Part shown: positions 1 through 11,946 of the stretch, one piece after another
How the letters are laid out: every line of letters starts with the position of its first letter
Position numbering within the stretch: position 1 is the first letter of the stretch
Assembly (NCBI GenBank): GCA_964270895.1
Contig: OZ185440.1
From: Podarcis filfolensis
Taxonomy: Eukaryota
DNA length: 64,000 bases
Direction: 5' to 3' (one strand)
Program-made: the position numbers and the translations under genes
The notes under the pieces: generated by a model
Seen by the model: the letters and a program-made list of their open reading frames with translations, nothing else
What the model was told of the DNA's origin: nothing
Database searches by the model: none

Positions 1-1221
1 CACATTGGCAACTCAGTTAGATTTTCATTATCCATTTTATCTGCTGGCCTGGATGTTTGATCTATGGATGTTTGTTACCTTTCCTTTTCCCTTCTTTTAC
101 CTCCACCCTGCCTGTCCAATAAAGTTATTTATATTTTGACATTTGGCTTCCTTGGTTTTTTAAATGGCAATTTATCAGAATTTTCCCTGTGTGCTTAAGA
201 TAGTGGGTTATGTCCCTTGAGACATCTCACAAAATACCGTCAAGTTCTGTGTCTTTCGAGACATAAATCAAATGTTCTCTTCTTGTTTATAATTTTTTTC
301 TAAAGCAGGGTAGAAGGCAGGAGTCTGAGTTAGGGCAAAGAAACTCCTCAAGAGCTGGACAGCCTTAGGTGTGACAAGAGGTTCATTCTGTTTGGTGGGA
401 GTCTTTTCTTTTCTCTCTTTCTCTTTTTGGTGGAAAGGGGATTATTTTATAAGAAAAAGGTCCCCACTAAAATACATTCCAGCAGGCCTATCACCTTATT
501 TATCCGTTGTGCAGAACCTAGCTCATTTAGATGTTTAACAAATTTGTGATTCTGCACTGACAATTTAACGAAGAAAGGCTACCACAGCATTAAAAAGAGA
601 AGCCATCTTTCCTATTGCTTCTCATGTCCTACTGAGCAGAGCAATCCTAGTCCCAGATATGTGCTGCAGGAGGGAGCCAGGTGTTTCTCTCGGCTGGGGC
701 ACTGGTGGTGGTGGTGGTGGTGAGGATCTGCTTCCACAAAAGCTGCTAATGTGCCCACTGATGGCACAAACTACTGATGACCTAAGCCCTGAATACGGTA
801 GAATGCGGGCAGGGCAGGGCTGGCAAGGATCCACTGGATCCTAAGCTGGTCCAGCCTCCAGAGAAGAGTTCAATCTGCATCTTTCTGCTGTGCAAGCAGA
901 CTGGCAAAGCAAAAATTAAGAAAATAATATCCGGACACCTCCACCCATCTTTCCCCCTGGCTGGTAAGTTAAAGCAGCAATAACCAGCAGTGGGTTAACT
1001 CTTTCCCCTTCACCCTCTCCCATCATTTTTCTGCTATAAGCAGTCCCCACCCCAAACTGTTATTTGCTCTGCCAAAGAAAGCTTATGGATACTGCTAAGT
1101 CCTCCAGATCCAGATCCAACTTTCTGCCTGCTGGATCACATTATTCATATTTCACCTAGGGGATAACAAAATGTTTAAGGTTGGGCTGAATAAGAAAGGG
1201 GGCAAAAATGGGTACCTATAG

Positions 1222-1650
1222 TTAGGGATGGGGGAGAATATTGATTCAGTTCACATTTAGAGGTGAATCCATCAGATTCTCACTTTCCAAAACAAGGCAA
1301 GAAACAAAACAGAACTAAACTTTGAAATTTGCGCTCATCCAAATTTTGTGATGTAGTTCCCAAATGACTTTGCAAAAAATCAAATATGAGGTTAAAGTGT
1401 GCATAAAAAAGAATATATTGGTGAAAATAGCAAACAAATATGCATCATATTCGGAAAGAATGTTTGCAAAAATGTGTACATCAGCTAAAATTGCATTCAA
1501 AAATGTGTTTATTAGGAGAAATTTGCATTAAAATACTGAATAATTTTCATGACAATTTTTTCAAAGATTGCTGCAGAAATGTGGTGAACTGAATTTAAGA
1601 TTGGAGAAATGAGAAACCAAGCAACCAAAAATTCTCAGATTCAACCCTGT
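1222..1650. mobile_element. Old non-autonomous DNA-transposon-like repeat (hAT-type TAGGGATG end)
   Basis: Starts tagggatgggggagaa; internal A/T-rich motifs recur in the split copy at 10060-11010. Confidence 0.5.
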
Positions 1651-3950
1651 AATAGGTGATCCCACATCTCGCCTTGTGCTGCCAACAGCCGCTGGCTCCT
1701 GCTTCCTATTTGCATGGAAAAACCAAAGAGAAATCTCTTTGTTTAAGAAACGATCATGGGTTGCTGTATGGCTTTTCCTTCATGTGTTCTTGGAGCAGCC
1801 ATCAGCAGCTTATGTTCAAAGATGTGGTTTGACCTATGTATTGAGAAGTCTGAGTAGGTTTGTGAGAGGATCACATGATGAAAAAATTAATATGAATTTT
1901 AAACCAGCCTGATCTAAGCTTGCTCAGAGATTGTATAAGCTACCGAGAACCCTTCCTTCTCTGCTTTAATTCACAGACTTGGGGGATTTGTATAATGCAC
2001 GCTTGTAAAGAATAATGCCCTTCCCCACCGGAATCAGCGTGAATATGAAACATGATGCTCAAAGACAGATGTGATTCCATAAATTCACAAACAGCAACCT
2101 ATAAATAACTTGCTGGTTATGCAGCCGCCCTCCTATGATCCTGATTCTTACATCTTACAGCTGCCATGTGTCTCCATGGTGATAGAATCACATGACCACC
2201 AGCCATTCATTCATAGCTGTTTCAAGCTGATGGAGAGGGAAGGTGGGATGGGGGGGGGGGAGGAATAATTTGGAGAAATCAACATTTGGGTTTTTGTGGG
2301 AAGGAAAGTCAAAACACAAGGAGATAAAGACTGATCTTGGCAAGTATGGATGCTGACGAGAGAGGATTTTGCAGGCTGCTGTTTTAGGAAGCATTAGGAA
2401 AAAGGTAGTGTTTTAATAGTAACAAGACTGGGTCAGAGCTGAAGCTGCCATCTCCTCATCCCATGAGCCCTTTGAGAGTTGTATGCAGCAGGGAAATGCT
2501 CAGCAAGCACAGTTTCTTTGGTTACGATGCAGACGTCGTGACTGTCTGAGTTTTCTCTAAATTGCACCCTTTCAAGCTTCAGCTGCCATCTTTAAGACCA
2601 GGAAGTAGCCCACCTTGTCAGGTCAGTAAGCCATTTAGAGGGCTGTCCCAGCAGCAGACACTGCTAGTGCTTTCTGAAGAAGCAATATGGTAAGTGGATG
2701 CCCCAGTGTGCTAGACATTAACAGGCTAGGAATAAAATGTTATGCCTCCCTGCTCGGGGCCGAAGCCCCTTTTCAATGGTACAGAGAGGAGGAAATTGGA
2801 AGCAAGGAAATAGCATCCCCTTTGGAATCTGCACCCTCATGTTATTTTGTCTTTTAGAGATACTGAGGATGCCTTATAAAATGTCAGCAAGAGCTGACAG
2901 AGATGATTTCCTTCAGGTTTCATGTGTTTCTCTCTGAGGTTTCTAGAGGCAAGGGGAATGCCCCCTGATGCTAGTGTACATGCATGCAGTGCAACACTGG
3001 TATGCCGACATACAAAATGATAAATAATGTGCTGCTACATAAAGGCAAAATGAGGAATCACTTTACACTTGCAACTGGGGTGGTACAGAGAGTTACACTC
3101 TGAACATGAGTCATCACGATGCCATTACGGGAATAGCAAGTGCTGATTATTTGAGAAGCACTAAGCTCAGAAAGATGTAGAAAACAATTGTGTAATGTTA
3201 CTCTGCATTGACTACTCTTCCAATTAGTACTGTGCTCTGTTCTAATTTTAGCTGAATGAAAAATGCAATAAGGTTGAGTTTACCCTATGGACAAACCAGG
3301 AAGAACTATTCCCTAGACTAGAGAAAAGAGCCTCTGTTTTTTTTTCCCGAAGTAAATTGCCCCCACCTTTGAATGTCCTGGATTTCTGTAGAGTCTTGTC
3401 TAGGGGCTCACTCACACAACCATTGCTTACACAGGAAAGCCAAAACTACGTTAACTTTCCTGGCAGATTAAAGTGTATCCAGCGAATGTTCCAGTATGTA
3501 TCCTGGTCACAATTCTTCACATCTTGCATGGTCTGGCTTACTTTCCACAATACTTTTCATGACATAAGTAGGGAGCAGATTCTGCAACAAGCATCAAAGC
3601 ATTCACAGGACTAGTTCAGCTTCCCAAAGTTCATTGCAGAGACACATTACTGCTGCTGAAGAAACTACATCACACAGAATGTGACTGCGGGAACAAGCCC
3701 TACATTATCAGGGCAGATTTTAGCATGGCAACTTGCATGCAAATGTGGCACTGCTTTGCTCAGGGATTAGAATCTAGTGGCCCTCCAGATGTTCTTGGAT
3801 TCCAGCACCCACCTTTCCCACACAGCCTGGTCAATAACAAGGGATGATGGGAGCCCTAGTCCAGCAACATCTGGAAGCCACTGGGTTCCCCACCCCTGGC
3901 TGGGTCAGAGCAAAAGCTCATCTTGCCCAGAACCCCAACAAACACAAGTC

Positions 3951-3951
<1 letters not shown>

Positions 3952-3983
<32 letters not shown>
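3952..3983. repeat. (CA)n microsatellite
   Basis: Direct reading. Confidence 0.95.
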
Positions 3984-3984
<1 letters not shown>

Positions 3985-5624
3985 ACTTCCACTGTCAGAG
4001 GAAGTATGTCTCTGCTGGGAATCACAAATAGGGAGTGTGCTGTTGCATTCAGTTCCTGCTCACAGGCTTTCTACATACTTCTGGTTGTTCACTGGGGGAT
4101 GCCAGACTACCTGATCCATGAAATATCTTTTTGAGTTCTTATGTTCAAATGAGAGAGGTAGCCACCACCACATGCTCAGCTTTTGAATATCATGATCCCA
4201 TTTTCACTAGCCCTGTGCCAAGTCCTGCCTTTAAATTTCCAGATAATCATTATCTCCTGTGAAAGAGGGTGTTTTATCATATGCCTTTTATCTCGGGGTG
4301 AAATTCTAGGAACTTCTAGGTTTAGAAGAGATTGCATTTACCTACAAGTGGCTTTGGGTTGGGGAGGACATGAATTAATGTCCTCTTCCATTATAGAACA
4401 ACCCCTGGATGGTCTGTTGTCTTCCCACCTTGCAGTTCCTCAAAACCATATGTAGGGGCACTTGGGAAGGTTGCAGAATGCAGACCACCAAGGAGATGAT
4501 TTGGAGAATAAAAAAAAAAAACGACACTCAAAGAAATACCCTCCAGCCACCTCAAAAGTAAGTGAAGTGCAGCAAAAACCCAGCACCCCACCTAGGAGAA
4601 AATCATTCTTTATTTATTGATGGAGAATAACTGAAAAACACTGGGAGGCTTTTTTTGTTTGTTTTTTACACAGCGCTAATTCTAATGATTCTGGCTAAAA
4701 TTCACAAAATATATAAGCCTTCAGCTAAACGAAGGGATAGATTTAATGTCAAGCCAATAAGCAAGCCGAGGCAAACAGTCCATAGTTAATTGCAAATAAG
4801 CAAGCAAGCTGAAGGATGCAGTTCTGAGCTCCATTCATCAACCAGCTGCAACAACTAATAGGGGGCAGTCAAACATGAACCAGCAGCTGGTCCCTTCAAT
4901 GCTATCCCTTTCCAGGAACTGCTCCCGGCTTTTATTTCGTTGGCTGCCTAGCTGGGGCAGTTAAGCAAAGCAGATGGGGAACTGGTTAGCCAGCCATTTG
5001 TACAAAAAGGCCGTTCACTGAATGAAATAATTCTGTTTTGGCTGCCAGACACTTCAGAAAAGGATGGGAAAGAAACAATGTTTTAGTAGCTGCAATTTTA
5101 CTCTCCTGCCCTCACACCCTTTAATCTCCTGCCTAGGTTTGTGCTTCAAAAGGGCAGCTCATGTTTCACAACTGTCATGTGATTTCTTCCCTCAACCCGG
5201 GAGTATATTTTAAGCCTCTCCTTGACGTCACGCGCTTCTCCATCTCAACAGGACCTTGTTTTGTCGGTTTTCAGGGATTAGACTATTACTGTCCAGCGTG
5301 CTCTCGTTCTTCCCATCATAAGGCAATTAATGCTCGCTAAACTGCAGTATGGGCAGATGGAGGGAGGGAGGTGATGTTCTTCTTCACCACTGTCCTTCGG
5401 TGGTCATGAAAGCATCATTTCCTCCTGAATCACCCTAAATCAGGACCACACTACAGCAGCGTCTCTCAGCACGTGAAAAAGCAAGTGCTCAGAGGCTGCT
5501 TAAGATCTATATTTAGTCAAACAAAATGACTCTCCCCCATTTCCCTCTATTTCTCCGTAACATCTGAATCAGGTGAGGCTGTGAAATTTCATACAAGCAC
5601 CTTGGTGTATATAGCGCTGGGTGG

Positions 5625-5985
5625 AACGAGGACCAATAAACTGAGACTGAATCCTGGCAAGAATGGGGCCCAGCAGCGGGTGAGCCGTTTGTGGTTCTGG
5701 GTGATAGATCAGTTGGCTGTTCTGGAAAGGACTGTTTTCCCTTAGGATCAGGTATATAGCTTGGTGGTAATCGTCATTGATCCATCATCACTGCTTGTGT
5801 GCCTTTTCTCACCTTTGGCTGGGATGCCAGCGACACCATTCCTGGACAGGAAAAGCTTGGACACACAGGAGACTATGGAGCAGTAACCTCAACATTAGCT
5901 TACTGCAATGCACTCTATGGGAAACTGCCCTGCGGTCTGGTCAGGAAGCTGAAGCTGGGGCTGAAGGCAGCATCTAGTTAGTGGA
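5625..5985 (+). mobile_element. Decayed L2 LINE ORF2 fragment
   Basis: Remnants of NKLRLNPGK and AVTSTLAYCNALYGKLP...RKLKLG (L2 SRLDYCNALYxGLP motif). Confidence 0.7.
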
Positions 5986-6882
5986 GCAGCCTGCCGCCAG
6001 CATACAACAGCCCTGTTTGTTGAGGGGACACTGCCTGGCCAAAGCTCCCACTTTTCATGCTCCTCATGTAGGCACAGATGCAGACATATTAGCTCCAGTG
6101 TTGGCTATATTACTGACAGATTTTTCTCTCCCTCAGTCCTTTTTATGCGTTTCATCTCATTAAACAATTCCACCTTCCACGGCTGCCTCAAACTTCATTC
6201 CTCTGGCTTTGGTGTTTACAAACAGAATTATTACTGCATGCTAATTAAGCACTTGGTTACTGCCAATTTAATTTTACCCCAAAGGAATGTTTGGTGGTTT
6301 GATGGGAACTGTGGAGGGCAGAGTGCCTACAACACTGTTATTAGACCAGTGGTTCATGGTGCTGAGCTTGATTGCTTCAATGCCTAGGAAAAGCTCAATG
6401 CACAGCACTCTTGCTGTAACAGCCAATATTACATAAATATGCGATCTATGGCTCCTTCCCATATTACTTTTCCATATATGAAAAATCAATTTCCATGCAG
6501 CAGGGGTGGGAAGCCTGTGATCCTCCAGATTCACCTCTTGTCAGTCCCAGCTCCCATCAGCCCTAGCCAGCATGGCCAAGGGTCAGGAATGAGGGCAACT
6601 GGAGTCCAAGAACATCTGGGTGGCCATCGCACAATACAGGAAAAGGTGTGCATTTTGTAATGTATAGAGAAGATGGATTCATGGGCTGGTCAGTCATGAC
6701 AGACATGCATGTACCTGTTACAGAAACAACACTCAGGCAACCCTTTATATATTACCAAAGGGACACTTTTTCTACATGGGCATTAATTTTCTCTTATGAA
6801 AAGACATAAAATAATCATACCCTAGGGCTGGGAGACAAACTATGGTTCTGCAAACATAGTTGCTCTTTTTTCCAGTACTTAG

Positions 6883-6929
6883 TAGTAGTAGTAGTAGTAG
6901 TAGTAGTAGCAGCAGCAGCAGCAGCAGCA
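6883..6929. repeat. Compound (GTA)n(GCA)n microsatellite
   Basis: Direct reading. Confidence 0.95.
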
Positions 6930-7489
6930 GATCATCCTCCATCTGTAGATCTCAGGGTGGTTTGATGACTTCTGCAGTCATTGAGTGATGAGAATCAAAA
7001 AGAATTAAGTTTTCTTGATTCTCTTCAGCAGTCAATGTTTGGTCAAGCTCAAATGTTGTCCAAAATGTGGTGGCTGCAGACTTCATCATGCACTGAATCA
7101 CTTCAGACAAACTATGGCTCGTCCTTTGATCTGAATAGCTCTGTTGGAGCTGCTGGCACATATTACACCTTTGATTCAACATCTACACCTGAGCCTGACT
7201 CTAATTATGGTCCATCACACTTTCTAAGATGGACTAAATTTACCATATATATGCCAGGTAAGAACTGCAAGGAGACAAGGAGGTATTCTCCATGTCTATC
7301 TCTCAGCTGTGGAATATCCTTCCTCTTATGTGACCATAGCCCAAAAGCAATGTAAAACTCTTTTAAAAAAAAAGTTGGCTTTGGCCGACGAGATGTGGTG
7401 GCATGAAAGTACCATTTTAACATTTGCAGAGTTTTATGTTTAAAGTATGTCCCTCCCCATGAGACAATTTGATGCTATGCACATGTGAA

Positions 7490-7845
7490 TCAAAAAGTCA
7501 GACGAGATCTTAGGTCATCGAGTCCAACCTGTTGCCTCAATGTAACATCTATAATGCAGGATGCAATTACAGCATCCATGAGAGATCCAGGCTCTGCTCA
7601 AATTCCTCTAGCAAAAGATAGCCAGCCGCCCCACTCCCCAGCCGCCCACTTCTTGAGGCAGTCTGTTCTGTTGTTGAACAGCGCTTACTGTTAGGGTGTT
7701 TCTCCTCATTTTTATGCAAGATCTGCTTCGCTGCAATTTCCACCCATTGGCTCTGGTCCTGCCCTCTGGAGCAACAGAGAATAAGTCTGCTCCACTCTCT
7801 GCATGGCAACCTTTTAGATGTTTGAAGACAGCGATCTCATCTCCA
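7490..7845 (-). mobile_element. CR1 LINE 3' fragment
   Basis: Contains ggtcatcgagtccaacc, gcgcttactgttag and ttccacccattggctctggtcctgccctctggagcaacaga, typical of the reptile CR1 3' end read in reverse. Confidence 0.7.
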
Positions 7846-9284
7846 CAGCAGGGTGTAGCAGGGTGTTTTCATAAGTCTGGTGCTTTAATTGCCCCACTCC
7901 CTCTGTAGTGAAATGTCAGTTTTAATCTCCAGTTCTGAAAACATTCCTTCACTTCTGCTGAGTTCTTGGGTAGTTATCTCAGTGGAGGAACACAATGACA
8001 AGTTGGGAACCATGTCAAAACGAGCATTTCAGAAGCAGCTTGCTGATACCAGCTTAGTATATGTGAAGAAACAACAACCCACTACTAATTGGGAGACTGC
8101 TTTCTTGGGAAGTGGAGTGGAATAGCTCTACTTGGAGGTAGGGGAACAGTCACTTCTCATGCAGATCCATTTATACGCAGATATCAGGGCTGCACAGAAT
8201 CCAATACATTTGCTGGGGGAAACATGTAAAATGGATCCTGGGAATGGTTCTTCAACTGTTTGCTTGAGCTCCAGCACAAAATTGGGAAGCTGCCACAGAA
8301 ATGCTTGAGTTCCTTCCTGTGGTCCTGGGTAGCCGGCCAGCCATATGCTCCCATATGACACATTGACTTTAAGAAAATAATGTTTGATTCAATGTACAGA
8401 GAGATGATGTACAAGGACAAACCATGACAATTGTCCATCTCAACCAGGGCTGTCAGGCTCAACCAGTTCATGTAGTCTTGCTAGAAATCTTCCACTTTTT
8501 GGACACCGGTATTTTAAATAGGCATGCCAAAGATAGAACCAAGGACCATGTATCTGTGAAGCACATGCTGCCTTACATGTAACTGGATACAAGCCTAGTG
8601 TGATGGTGGTGGTGGTGGAGATAAACCTATGATAGAGCCAGGTCTGAAACAGGGAGACTGTTTTCATAGGTGTTTTTGCACCTCCCTCAGGATGCTCCAT
8701 TTATGGTGATTTTTCAGGGTGTGGCTCCTTCCCCAAAAAACCCTATTCATGGGAGAAGACAGAACATACCAACCTGCCGCCAAGACAATGGTGCTGATGA
8801 GTCCTGCCTTGCCGTGCTGTCAGACAATTAAATGGCCGGTGCAGTATGATAACACAGGGAGCATTGAGACAATGCAGGCTTCCTTCATTCAAGAGTGAAT
8901 GTAAATTAGGGCTTCATTGGGCCTTAGGAATATTGGACATTGCCAGCTCTGATTTGCTGTGTGGTGCCATGATGTCACCACACTAGGAACAAGGCAGCCA
9001 GTTAGCTGGGATCACACAGACAGAAATGAGATGACCGGGGCGGAGGTGGGGGAATGACACCAAAGCAGCAGTCAGTAGGGGTAAACACATTCAGGGGCTG
9101 TTTAGTGAACTTTTCGCCTTCCCTTTCATGCCAAAACTGTTTGCCTGTGAAAAATCTGGCACAGGACTAGTTTCAATACCAACTGAAGCTCTGGTCCTTT
9201 TAAAAATGGTCATCTTCATTTACTAAACCTCCTTCCTCCTTGGTACATAAAGACACAGCTCCATGTTCCATACACCATCACTAT

Positions 9285-9290
9285 TTTAAT
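9285..9290 (-). terminator. Candidate UBL4B polyadenylation signal ATTAAA
   Basis: About 30 nt after the stop, followed by GU-rich sequence. Confidence 0.45.
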
Positions 9291-9320
9291 TTTCGCTTAG
9301 ACCTCTCTAAATAAGTCTAC

Positions 9321-9902
9321 TCAAGAGTTCTTCCAGCACCACCTTCCTCCTAGCATTTCTTGTGGCTCAGTCTGGGTCGCTTTATCCTCCCTGGATTCAG
9401 ACACTGGGGCTGTGGGGTGCCCCTCTTGCTGGGGGAGCTCACCTGTAGCCACCGGTTCACCTTCACCTTCCTCAGGACTTAGGAGGTCCCCTGCTAACTC
9501 TTCGATGTTTTCCAGACTCAGCAAGCCAAGGCCTTTGTAGTAGTCGTTCAGCACCCGCTCGAGAACCCTCACTGCGTCGGAAGTTCTGAAATGTTTCTCC
9601 AGGACTTGCGAGAGTCGATACCACACTGAGTGGGGCTGGGCAGCGGTCGGCTTTGAGGGCTCCTCAGGATGAGCTTGCTCAGATTTTTTAATGACCAGAT
9701 AGAGGATGGACTCTGGGCCAATGAGATAGTCTGATAATTTGTGCTCCCCCTCCAGCACTTTCCCCTGGAACAACAGGGTCTGCTGGTTCTCGGGGACATT
9801 GAGCTCTTCACACACCAGGCTTTTCACCAGAGAGATCCTCTCCTCGCCAGACACCTGAAGGCGGCACTGCTGCCCAAGCAGCCTCTTCACTGTGAGCAGC
9901 AT
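9321..9902 (-). CDS. UBL4B: Ubiquitin-like protein 4B (intronless UBL4A/GET5-derived retrogene), 193 aa
   Basis: Single-exon ORF with true ATG at 9902-9900; the ORF track starts 4 codons earlier at a TTG. The N-terminal UBL domain MLLTVKRLLGQQCRLQV...QQTLLFQGKVL...LSDYLIGPESILYLVIK aligns by eye to UBL4A (MQLTVKALQGRECSLQV...QQRLLFKGKAL...LSDYSIGPNSKLNLVVK). WYRLSQVLEKHFRTSDAVRVLE...LSLENIEELA matches the UBL4A BAG6-binding region, followed by an acidic tail. Position and orientation downstream of STRIP1 match human UBL4B. Confidence 0.9.
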   Translation of the reverse strand: MLLTVKRLLGQQCRLQVSGEERISLVKSLVCEELNVPENQQTLLFQGKVLEGEHKLSDYLIGPESILYLVIKKSEQAHPEEPSKPTAAQPHSVWYRLSQVLEKHFRTSDAVRVLERVLNDYYKGLGLLSLENIEELAGDLLSPEEGEGEPVATGELPQQEGHPTAPVSESREDKATQTEPQEMLGGRWCWKNS

Positions 9903-9976
9903 CGCCTTGCTCAATGGGCTAGAAAATCAAGCCCTGCCTGAATAAGGGAATGGGAAGGGACAAAGAGGAAAGCAGC

Positions 9977-10002
9977 GATTGGCTGATTTTCCTCTGATGT
10001 CA
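9977..10002 (-). promoter_or_regulatory. Candidate UBL4B proximal promoter: CCAAT box (AGCCAATC, 9984-9977) and CRE-like TGACATCA (10002-9995)
   Basis: Motifs 75-100 bp upstream of the ATG. Confidence 0.4.
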
Positions 10003-10191
10003 CAATTCTACCGGGGCCGGTCACTGTGAACTTTAGCTGTTGAACAAAGGGGGGAAGTTTGGATGGGGGATAATTTCAATTCAGATTGCACTTTGATATG
10101 ATTACTCCCTAATTTGCACTTCCTGATACAGCACAAACTGAAATCAATATTCTTTGAAATTCACACTTCTCTGCATTTTGCAATGCAGTGA

Positions 10192-10838
10192 AATAATAAT
10201 AATAATAATAATAAATTTTATTTATATCCCGCCCTCCCCAGCCGAAGCTGGGCTCAGGGCGGCTAACAACAATCAAAATAATCCAACATTCTAAAAACAT
10301 TCATTATAAAATTAATTAAAATCAAATTAAAATCAAATTGATGGCAACCATTAAGCAAAATTCTGTGCAGATTGCCAGAGGAGGGGGTCAGGCTGTGCCC
10401 TGACCAAAGGCCTGGTGGAACAGCTCTGTCTTGCAGGCCCTGCGGAAAGATGTCAGGTCCCGCAGGGCCCTAGTCTCTTGTGACAGAGCGTTCCACCAGA
10501 TTGGAGCCGCGGCCGAGAAAGCCCTGGCTCTAGTTGAGGCCAGCCTAACCTCTCTGTGGCCTGGGATCTTCAGGATGTTTTTATTTGCAGACCGTAAATT
10601 TCTCTGTGGGACATACCAGGAGAGGCGGTCCCGTAGGTACGAGGGTCCTAGGCCGTATAGGGCTTTAAAGGTTAAAACCAGCACCTTAAACCTGATCCTG
10701 TACTCCACCGGGAGCCAGTGCAGCCGGTATAGTACCGGATGAATATGATCTCGCAGCGAAGACCCCATAAGGAGTCTCGCTGCGGCATTCTGCACCCGCT
10801 GGAGTTTCTGGGTCAGTCTCAAGGGCAGCCCCACGTAG
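10192..10838 (-). mobile_element. Young 5'-truncated L2 LINE with (ATT)n tail
   Basis: Uninterrupted ORF2 C-terminus YVGLPLRLTQKLQRVQNAAARLL...RLHWLPVEYRIRFKVLVLTFKALYGLGPSYLRDRL...TELFHQAFG, then 3' UTR and microsatellite tail. It interrupts an older repeat (10060-10190 plus 10840-11010) similar to 1222-1650. Confidence 0.9.
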
Positions 10839-11162
10839 ATGATGTGTACCAAAATATATAAACATTAGGGGCAAGTGTTCATAGAAACACACTATGTTAG
10901 TGAAGTGAGCATACAAAAATGTGTATATTGGGGAATGTAGCACACAAAACTCTACGTCTGGAGAAATGTGCACTAAAAGGCTGATGAGTTGCCTCTGGGC
11001 CAAAGGAGCAGCCTGAGTGTGCCTTGTCTGCACTCCAAGTATTATTAGATGAATCAATTCGTCTCTCAAAAACTGCTTATGCATTCTAGTCATCAATACA
11101 CAAACTCTGGGCCTTTGTCTTTGTAGAAAACAAAGCAACTGAGGGGCAGGATCCATATGATA

Positions 11163-11417
11163 TTAAGAACGTAAGGAGAGCCCTGTTCGATCAGGCCAAA
11201 AGCTCTTCATTCCATTGTCTTGTTCTCATAGTGACCAACTAAATACCTATGGGAAGCCCACAAGCAGGACATGAGTCAAAGAGCACTCTCCCCACTTGTG
11301 ATTCCCAGCATCTGGTATTCAGAGACATACTGCCTCCAACAGTGGAGGGAAGAACAAAGCCATTGTGGTTAGCAGACACTGATAGCCTTATGCTCCCATG
11401 TGTCTGTCTAATCTTCT
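11163..11417 (-). mobile_element. CR1 LINE 3' end, interrupted by the MITE at 11420
   Basis: taagaacgtaaggagagccctg...gatcaggccaa...gtggttagcagacactgatagcc pattern; weak continuation after 11652. Confidence 0.65.
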
Positions 11418-11419
11418 TA

Positions 11420-11650
11420 TAGTGGTACCTCGGATTATATACGCTTCAGGTTACAGATGCTTCAGGTTATAGACTCCGCTAACCCAGAAATAGTACCTCG
11501 GGTTAAAAACTTTGCTTCAGGATGAGAACAGAAATCACGCGGCGGCAGCGGAAGGCCCCATTAGCTAAAGTGGTACCTCAGGTTAAGAACAGTTTCAAGT
11601 TAATAACGGACCTCCAGAACAAATTAAGTTCTTAACCCGAGGTACCACTG
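11420..11650. mobile_element. Tc1/mariner MITE (family A)
   Basis: TIRs (t)agtggtacctcgg / ccgaggtaccactg, TA on both sides; homologous in opposite orientation to 45262-45487. Confidence 0.88.
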
Positions 11651-11946
11651 TAAAGACATCCAAGTTGGGGACCATTACTACATCTTCTGGGTGTTTTCAT
11701 TATGGACTCTGCGAAGTTCTTTCCTTTGTCTGTCCTGAATTTTCCAACATTGAACCTCACTATAAATTATTTCTGTTGAGAAATGCCCTGAGGTGGGTTT
11801 TTTTGAATAAGTAGGAGTAAATAATAAAAAAATGGGGTATCTAAAGTAACCCTGAGTAATATAACCCTCCAGCACAAGAATTTCCACTTGGCACAATTGG
11901 ATCTCCCCTCTCCTCCCCTTGTGTGCCCCTTAAATATGTTCTAGAT

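Noticed and set aside
7252-7262. CTTACCTGGCA on the minus strand equals the U1 snRNA 5' end
   Set aside because: Only 11 nt, simply the complement of a splice-donor-like sequence; no further U1 similarity.
6981-7355. 124-aa ORF next to a microsatellite
   Set aside because: Non-ATG start and no recognisable homology; it may be an old LINE 3' end, but I cannot classify it.
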